Shown here: piece after piece, positions 54,714-64,000 of the stretch | Numbering within the stretch: the first letter of the stretch is position 1 | Layout: every line of letters begins with the position of its first letter | Assembly: GCF_009914755.1 (NCBI RefSeq) | Contig: NC_060928.1 | Length of the DNA: 64,000 nt | Reading direction: 5' to 3' (one strand) | Origin: the human T2T-CHM13v2.0 reference genome, Homo sapiens | The notes under the pieces: generated by a model | What the model saw: only the letters and a program-made list of their open reading frames with translations | Told to the model about the DNA's origin: nothing | Database searches by the model: none | Position numbers and translations under genes: made by a program

Positions 54714-55559
54714 CATACTTAAATTCTTATATATTTGAATTTTTACCTTATGCATATATTACTACAGTATTTAAATAAATAAATGGTGTATTTTCCAATA
54801 AATGTTTTAAATACAATTTTCTAGAAATTTGTCAAAGTTGGGCCTCAAAAGGTGGTGAGAAAATGAAGAAATATCCATTTTGTTAATTAGTTTACATGAA
54901 GGTGGGTCATGTGACAGCCTGGATAGGTTGTCAATGTATATCTTAAATGTTTTACTCCACTGGTCTGCCATGAAGCCCTGCCTTGATATCTGGAAGGAAT
55001 GATATTTTTCTTTAAAAAAAATAATAAAAACTAGAGCAGAAGTCCAAAGAATAGAAGTGTTTTAAACATTGGCATGAGCTTGAGAGGGTGAATATAGTGA
55101 TGTGGACTAATGGAAAAGGGAAGAATGTTCAGGCAAAGTCAGTGGAGGGTCATTAAAGGTGAGCAAGACCTTCAGTTCCATGGGCATAAATCAGGTGACA
55201 TGCCAGAGGGCAAAGTCAACAGTTTTTTTTTTTAAATACATTTTTTTTCCTAGAGAAAAGCCAGTTATATTCATATTATTTCATAAATTCATTTAAAAAA
55301 ATTATTTATTTTAACTTCTGTGAAAACAGACTGTATCTTTCAGTTAATGATGTCTTCAGTTGTGTCAGTCAGCCACAGGGAAGTTGCGTGAAAACTTATC
55401 CTTGACATCTCTTGTTAATATCAAGAAAAATCCTGCTTCAAAGAATCTTAGAATTAACTTATGAATTCAATGCTCCCAATGTTATTGAAACAGATATTTT
55501 AAGAGTGAAGTGCTCTGTCATTTTAAAACATGTAAATGGTAAATGGTACATTTTATGTT

Positions 55560-55760
55560 GAGGCTTTAACGTTTAAGGGAAACCTATCTGTGCTGAAACC
55601 TCTACATACATCATCTCATTTTACTTTAATCACATCCCTGTAAAACAGGTATTATTATCACAACTTTCTCAACAAGGAAATATGAGACTGAAAAGTAGGT
55701 GGTAAAGGTTAGAGTTGAACCAAAGTGACTTGTCTTCAAACACCAAGTTCTTAACTGTAA
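55560..55760 (-). mobile_element. MIR SINE
   Basis: catcatctcatt...ccctgtaaaacaggtattattatc...aaggaaatatgagactg. Confidence 0.65.
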
Positions 55761-57017
55761 ACTGTAAAAAATATTATTAATAAAATATGTTTTGAAAGAG
55801 CAGCAAGCAAACTATTCAATATTCAGCCCACTTTAATGTCAGCATCTGCCCTGAAGTGGGCACAGTGCTAGGTTATGGACCTATAAGAAAGAAGAAGACA
55901 AAATACTTGACTTAAAGATAGCAAATGGGTCATTTCCATTCATGGCAAAATAGGCTTGTGGATGGCCTACATAAGGAAAGAACTAGCGCTTAGCCTAACC
56001 AATAATAAGTTTCTGTTGTTAAGTTAATCTGTAAGAGTCTTCATAAAAATGCAATAAACATTTTGTGGTATACGCTTTTCTCACATGATGAAGTGGAATT
56101 ATGAATGGGAATGAATACATTATCTATTAACTTGAAGCTAGCTTATAACAGAAAAAAGTATTATAAAGTTCAGATTGGTTTAGGAATTAATAAACTGCTC
56201 TGGCATCAAATCAAATGCCTTCAAGTGAATTAACTTGGTATCTTTCCCACATGCTTCCCATGTCTGTAATCTAAGACTTAGTTTTTGCATGTAACAGAGA
56301 ATCTTACAATGAGCCCCTGGTGATAAGCTTTTATTAGAGAGGCATGTTCACGTTGTATATGTTATCTGAGATTTTTATATGGCTTTTCTTTATTATGAGT
56401 CTACAATTACTATGCAACTCTGAGATATAAAACCTAGTTTTATATTTGCAGAGTGATTTTGGCAATTATCTCATTCTACATGGAAAGGTAATATAAGGTA
56501 AAACACATTTACTCTGGCAATAGAATTGTTCCAGTGGATATTACAGTTATTTGTAAATGTCTGAGCAAATTTAAATTGTCCCTTTCAATTTATATACACA
56601 TTGAAGAATTAAATCTGTTGATTCTTTTGTGACATATAACAGTAGTACAATGTCTCATAATTACGTTTTGGGCTAGGAACTACCAGGGAAAATTAAAGTG
56701 TAAATTGGCCTTAAATTTATAATATTCTGTATTTAATATATGTAACAAAGCCTCTCCTATATTCTTAATTTTTCAGTGGTAATCACACATATGTATTGTG
56801 TTCTTTTAAATTTTGAATTAAGCTATATTTTAACAAAACATAGAAACTTATTCTAGAGAAATCATATTTATAATTTAAAATGCTAAAATCTCCTTGGTAA
56901 GGTTTAAATGATTAATTTAATACTTTGACTACATACTACATAAAAATATTTTAAATAGCTAAGATAAATCTAAAACCAGAAATATTAAAGGCCAGATCAA
57001 TTATTTCTGAGAGGAAA

Positions 57018-57934
<917 letters not shown>

Positions 57935-58399
57935 TTAAAGGATGCAAAATTGACTCCCATTTTCCTCATTTCTCTTCTGAATATTTTGCTCTAATCACTT
58001 ATCCTCCTTTTTCACACAAAATATTATTACAAAACAGTAACAGCTATATTTATATTCTAATAAATAAATAATTCCATAAATTGAATAATGTACAAATTAC
58101 TAATTACTAATTTCAATCTTTAAATTGCTCAAAGCTAGGTATCAACAGCTGCCATGCTTAACCTATTATCTTCAACTGTCCCAAAACAGGGTTTAATGGT
58201 TTAATTGAATTTATTCTTGATTCAGTTCCTTCTTCAAATAAATTTTCCATGTATCTTGCTGAGAAATGTAAATAAATATGAGGTAATAACAGTGAGTGTA
58301 TGTATTTATGTATATGTATGTTCAAGAGTCCAGATATAAATTTAACATTAAAAGCCAGTATCTGAATATTATCAAGATTAAAAGTGAATATACACTATA

Positions 58400-59955
58400 A
58401 ACTCTTTCAGTTTATAGGAATAAATTTAGGAAAAGGAATAAATTTAAAAATTAGAAAAGAAATTTAGTAATTAGGGGTAAATTTAGCAGGAGAAGTAAGT
58501 GCAAGATTTGTAGATAGTCTGAAAACTATAAAATATTTGTGAAAAGAAGTAAAGACCCAAAGGATTATAAATCATGCTGCTATAAAGACACATGCACACG
58601 TATGTTTATTGCGGCACTATTCACAATAGCAAGGACTTGAAACCAACCCAAATGTCCAACAATGATAGACTGGATTAAGAAAATGTGGCAGATATACGCC
58701 ATGGAATACTATGCAGCCATAAGAAATGATGAGTTCTAGAGAAAGCATCATCCTCAGCAAACTATCACAAGGACAAAAAACCAAACACCACATGTTCTCA
58801 CTCATAGATGGGAATTGAACAATGAGAACTCATGGACACAGGAAGGGGAACATCACACACCGGGGCCTGTCGTGGGGTGGGGGGATGGGGGAGGGATAGC
58901 ATTAGGAGATATACCTAATGCTAAATGATGAGTTAATGGGTGCAGCACACCAACATGGCACATGTATAAATATGTAACAAACCTGCATGTTGTGCACATG
59001 TATCCTGAAACTTAAAGTATAATAATAATAATAATAAAAAGAAGTAAAGACCCAAGTAAATGGTAAGAAATGCCTGTTCATTAAAGAGAAGATGTAATAT
59101 TGTTAACAAAACAATACTTGCAAATTGATCTACATATTCAAAACAATCCCTATTAAATTTCCAGCTTTCTTTTTTGTAGTTACTGACAAGTTGATTTTTA
59201 AATTTATATGGAAATGCCAGGGATACAGAAGAGCCAAAATTATAGTAAAAAGGAAGGACAAAATTGGAGGACTCATAATTCATAAAATTTGTCTTCAAAG
59301 CAGAAGTATGCATGTGAATGTGGCATTAGCATATGTGTAGACAGTGGAATAAAATGAAGAGTACAAAAATATTATCGGATGGAATATATTTAATAATTTT
59401 GGAGAGTTCAAAATTATTGAATATATCTTGTTGATACAGATTGATGAAATAAAATGGAGAGTCTAAAAATAAACCCTTATATTTTTGGTCAATTAATTTT
59501 AGAAGCAGTGCCAAGGTAATTCAATGGGGGAAAGAATAGTTTTATACCCACAAATGTTACAAGGGGCAACTAGATATCTACATGTAGAAGAATGAATTTG
59601 TACCGTTACTTACTATACCAGAAAATAATTTTAAATGGATCATAACCCTAAATATAAGAACTAAAACCATAATAGTCTTTGAAGAAAACATGAAAGTAAC
59701 TCTTCATGACAATGTGTTAGTCAGTTGTTTCTCAGATCTGACACTAAAAGCACTAGGGACAAAATAAAATATTGATAAATTGAATTTCTTCAAAATTAAA
59801 AGCCTTTGTGCTTCAAGGTAGATCATCAAGAAAGTGAAAGAAAAAGCCACAGAGAAAATGTTTATAAATCATATATCTGATAATGGAATTTTATTCAGAA
59901 TATATACAAAGCATAACTCAATAATAAATAAAGCTCAATTAAAAATGGGCAAAAG
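58400..59955 (+). mobile_element. Old L1M (MB/MC-like) ORF2 3' region hosting younger L1s
   Basis: gacaagttgattttta aatttatatggaaatgc; gtgccaaggtaattcaatggggg; aattaaaagcctttgtgcttcaa; taaaaatgggcaaaag. Confidence 0.8.
58561..59036 (+). mobile_element. L1PA (about PA4) 5'-truncated 3' end
   Basis: Canonical L1PA 3'UTR with a (TAA)n tail; perfect 19-bp TSD aaaagaagtaaagacccaa (58542-58560 and 59037-59055). Confidence 0.96.
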
Positions 59956-60940
59956 TCCTCTCTCTCTCTCTTTTTTTAGTCTTGCTAAAGGTTTGTTAAT
60001 TTTATCTCCGGAAAACCGAATTTTTATTTTACTAATCTTCTGTATTTTTGTCTCAATTTCATTTATTTCTGCTCTTATCCTTATTATTTCTTTCCTTCTA
60101 CTAATTTTGAGGTTGGTTTGTTCTTGCTTTTCTAGTTCCCTGAGGTGCAGTGTTAGGTTATTTATTTGAAGTCCTTCTACTTTTTTGGTATAAGTGTTTA
60201 TTTATATAAAAATCCCCCCTAATACTGCTTTTACTATATCCCATAGATTTTGCTATGTTGTATTTCCATTTTCACTTGTTTCAAGAAATTTAAAATTTTT
60301 TCATTGTTTTATTGACTCATTGGTCCTTCATAACATTTTGTTTAATTTCCATATGTTTGTATGTTTTACAAGGTTCCTCTTGGTATTGATTTCCAGTTTT
60401 ATTCTAGTGTGGTCAGAGAAGATAGTCAATATGATTTCTGCTTTTTTTTAAATTTGTATAGACTTCTTTCTAACCTAAGATATAGTCTGTTCTGAAAAAT
60501 GCTCTATGTGCTGATGAAAAGACTGTGTATTCTGTAGCAGTTCTGTTCTATAAATGTCACTTAGGTTTACTAGATTTAGCATGTACTTTAACTTCACTTT
60601 GTTATTGTTGTTGATTTTCTCTCATTTCTGTTCATTACTGAGAATGAGGTATTAAAATTTCCTACTGTTATTGTATTGCAATCTATCACTGCCTTTAATC
60701 TATTAATGTTTGTCTTATATATTTAGGAGTTCCAGTGTTGGTTCCATACATATGTATAATTGTTATATCTTCTTGCTGAATTGACTCTTTTATCATGATA
60801 TAGTGATCTTCCTTATCTTACTTTAGTCTTTGATTTGGAGTCTATTTTATCTGATATGACTATAGCTACTTCTGCTCTTTTTTGGTTTTCAGCTGCATAA
60901 AATACCTGTTTTCACTCCTTCACTTTCAGCCTACATATGT
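59956..60940 (-). mobile_element. Inverted 5' segment of a twin-primed L1 (L1MA/PB-like)
   Basis: Antisense L1 ORF2 endonuclease-region sequence whose 3' end (left) nearly abuts, in L1 coordinates, the sense segment starting at 60941. Confidence 0.9.
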
Positions 60941-62569
60941 AGAAGATATAACAACTGAGACCTAAGAAATACAAATACTCATTAGAGACTATTATTAACA
61001 ACTATATGCCAACAAATTGGAAAACCTAGAAGAAATGGATAAATTCCTGGATACCTACAACCTATGAGACTGAACCATGAAGAAACAGAAAACCTTAGGA
61101 AATCAGTAACAAGTAATGTGATTAAAGCTGTAATTCAAACTCTCCAAAGGAAACCTAGGACTTGATCGATTGACAGCTGAATTCTACTAAACTTTTAATG
61201 AAAAGCTGATGCTAGTCCTACTCAAAATATTCAAAAAAATGTAGGAAGAGGGAATACTTCCAAACTCATTCCATAAGGCCAGCATAACCCTGATACCAAA
61301 ACCAGACAAGGAAACAACAACAATGAAAACAATAATAAAACTACAGGGCAATATCACTGATGCAAAAATCCTCAACAAAATATTAACAAACAGAATACAA
61401 CAAAACATTAACAATATCATTCATCACGATTAACTGGGATTCATCCTGAGGATGCAAGGATGGTTCAACATCCTTAATAAATGCAAAACACTACATCAAT
61501 AAATGCAAAACATTACATTAACAGAATCAACAATAAAAATTATATAATTCTTTCAATAGATGCTGAAGAAGCATTTGATAAAAACATCCCTTTATGATAA
61601 AAATGCTCATCAAAATGGGTATAGAAGGAAAATGCCTCAGAATAATGAAGATCATTTATAAAATACAACTATCATACTGAATGGGGATAACTCAAATGCC
61701 TTTCTTTTAAATACTAGAATAAGACAAGGATGCACACTTTCACTATTATTCACCATAATACTGGAAGTCTTGGCTAAAGAAATTAGGCAAGACAAAGACA
61801 TAAAGGGCATCCAAATTGGAAACGAAGAAGTCAAATTAGCCTGGTACACAGAGAGTGTTATCTTTATAGATAGAAAATCCTAAAGACTCCACCAAATTGA
61901 TAAATGAATTCAGCAAAGTTGCAAGAAACACAAGCAAGATATGGAAATCAGTAACACTTTTATATGCCAACAGCTAAAAATCTGAAAAAGAAATCAAGAA
62001 AGCAATCCCATTTACAATAGTTGCAAAAAGATGAAGTCCCTAGGAATAAATCTAACTAAAGAAATAAAATATCTATTCAAGGAAAACTATAAAACTATGA
62101 TAAAAGAAATTAAAGGAGACACAAAAAATATTCCATGCTCATAGATCAGAAGAATTAATATTTTTAAAATGGAAATATTACTGAAAGCAATTTATAGATT
62201 CAATGCAATCGTTTTCAAAATACCAATGACATTCTTTGCAGAAATATAAAACAAATCCTAAAATTTATATGGAACCACAAAAGATTCCAAATAGCCAAAT
62301 CAATCCTGAACAAAAAGGACAAAGTTTGAGGCATCACACTACCCGATTACAAAATTTATTACAAAGATATAGTAACCAGAATAGCATGGTACTGGCATCA
62401 AAATAGACACATAGGCCACTGAAACAGAATAGAGAACATAGATATAAATCCACACATTTATCACAGACTCATTTTCAAGAAAGGTGCTAAGAACTTGCAA
62501 TGGAGAAAGGAGAGTTTTTTCAATGCTCATCCATATGCAGAAGAATGAAACTAAGTTCTTATCTTTCAC

Positions 62570-63113
62570 TGATATGGTTTGGCTGTGTCCCCACCCAAAT
62601 CTCATCTTGAATTGTAGCCTCCATAACTCCCACGTGTTGTGGGAGGGACCCGGTGGGAGATAATTGAATCATAGGGGTGGTTTCCCTCATACATGGTAGT
62701 GAATAAGTCTCATGATCTGATGATTTTATAAGGGGTTTCCCCTTTTGCTTGGCTCTCATTCTCTCTTGTCTGCCACTATGTAAGACATGCCTTTCTCCTT
62801 CCTCCATGATTTTATGGCCTCCCCAGTCATGTGGAACTGTGAGTCCATTAAACCTCTCTTTCTTTTATTTTATTTTCCTTTTTTTTATCATACTGTAAGT
62901 TCTGGGGTACATGTGCAGAACGTGCAGGTTTGTTACATAGGCATACATGAGCAAAGGTGGATTGCTTCACCCATCAACCCGTGATCTACATTAGGTATTT
63001 CTCCTAATGCTATCGCTCCCCTACCCCTCCACCCCCCAATAAACCTCTTTTTGTTTGTAAATTATCCAGTCTTGGGTATGTCTTTATCAGCAGTGTGAAA
63101 ACAGGCTGATACA
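62570..63113 (+). mobile_element. THE1 solo LTR inside L1
   Basis: tgatatggtttggctgtgtccccacccaaatctc...gctgataca; 5-bp TSD ttcac/ctcac. Confidence 0.95.
62861..63037 (-). mobile_element. L1PA (about PA7) extreme 3' end inside the THE1 LTR
   Basis: taagttctggggtacatgtgcagaacgtgcaggtttgttacatagg; TSD attaaacctctctt / aataaacctctttt. Confidence 0.92.
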
Positions 63114-64000
63114 CTCACCATACACAAAATCAAATAAAAATGGATTAAAGACTTGAATCTAAAACCTGAAACTATGAAACGACTAGAAAATAATATTAGT
63201 CTGGGCAAAGATTTTTTTTTACGTAACCTCAAAAGTACAGGCAACCAAAGCAAAAATAGATAATAGGGATTCCATCAAGCTGAAAATCTTCTGTACAGAA
63301 AAGGAAACAAGCAAAAAAGTTAATAGAGAACCCATCATATGGGAGAAAATATTTATGAACTGCCCATCTAACAAAGAATTAACAACTAGAATATATAAGG
63401 AACTCAAACAACTCAAGAACAACAAAAAAAAATAAGCTAATTAAAAAATGGACAAAAGACCAGAACAGACATTTCTCAAAAGAAAACATACACATGGCCA
63501 TGGGTGTATGAAAGTAATTCTCAGCACCACTAATCATTAGAGAAATGCAAATTAAAACTACAACGTGATTTTATCTCACCCCAGATAAAGTGGCTTACAT
63601 CAAAAGACAGGCAGTAACAGATGCTAGAGAAGATTTGGAGAAAGGCGGACCCTCATACACTGTTGGTGGGAATGTAAGTTAGTACAAACACTATGTAGAA
63701 CAGTATGCAGGTTCCTTTAAAAAAACTGAAAATAGAACTTCTATTTGATCCAGCAATTCCACTATTTGGTATATATTCAAAAACAAAAGGAGATTGATAT
63801 ATCAAAGATATATCTGCACTCCCATGTTTATTTCAACACTGCCACAATAGTCAAAATATGAAATCAACCTCGGTGTCCATCAGTTGATGAATGGATAAGG
63901 AAAATGTGGTTTATATACACAATGGAAAACTATTCAGCAATAAAAAAAGAATAAAGCATCATTATTTTCAGCAACATGGATTGAACTGGAAGTCATTATG

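Larger units (their letters stand above)
60941..64000 (+). mobile_element. L1MA/PB-like ORF2 to 3' region, sense segment (runs off the window)
   Basis: ccaaactcattccataaggccagcataaccctgataccaaaaccagac; gatgcaaggatggttcaacat; cagcaattccactatttggtatat. Decayed RT. Confidence 0.95.

Overview
This is AT-rich primate (human-like) genomic DNA with no supportable protein-coding gene, RNA gene or CRISPR array. The ORF-track entries are translations of repeats or chance frames. Much of the window is a layered fossil record of transposons: Alu, L1, L2, MIR, THE1/MST/MLT LTRs, a nested ERV1 cluster at about 35.8-48.5 kb, Charlie1a, Tigger3 and a full-length HSMAR2. Subfamily names come from recalled consensus sequences, and the edges of old repeats are approximate. 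The most interesting structure is a complex rearrangement at 31.5-36.0 kb. Two ~930-bp inverted arms (31560-32489 and 34696-35628) flank a 2.2-kb spacer. The spacer appears inverted relative to the ancestral state because it splits one Charlie1a into oppositely oriented halves. The left junction truncates a THE1 LTR and carries a 49-bp templated insert, and a perfect (GGGT)3GGG G-quadruplex motif lies 7 bp from the outer breakpoint. The arms are ~99% identical in the outer part but only ~91% in the inner 160 bp, which suggests gene conversion and a possibly toggling inversion. Two more local templated-copy scars occur: an inverted 258-bp copy inside HSMAR2 that preserves a pre-MER51 empty site, and a palindromic/templated insert inside Tigger3. 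I found no evidence of a novel gene-encoded system; the notable biology here is structural.
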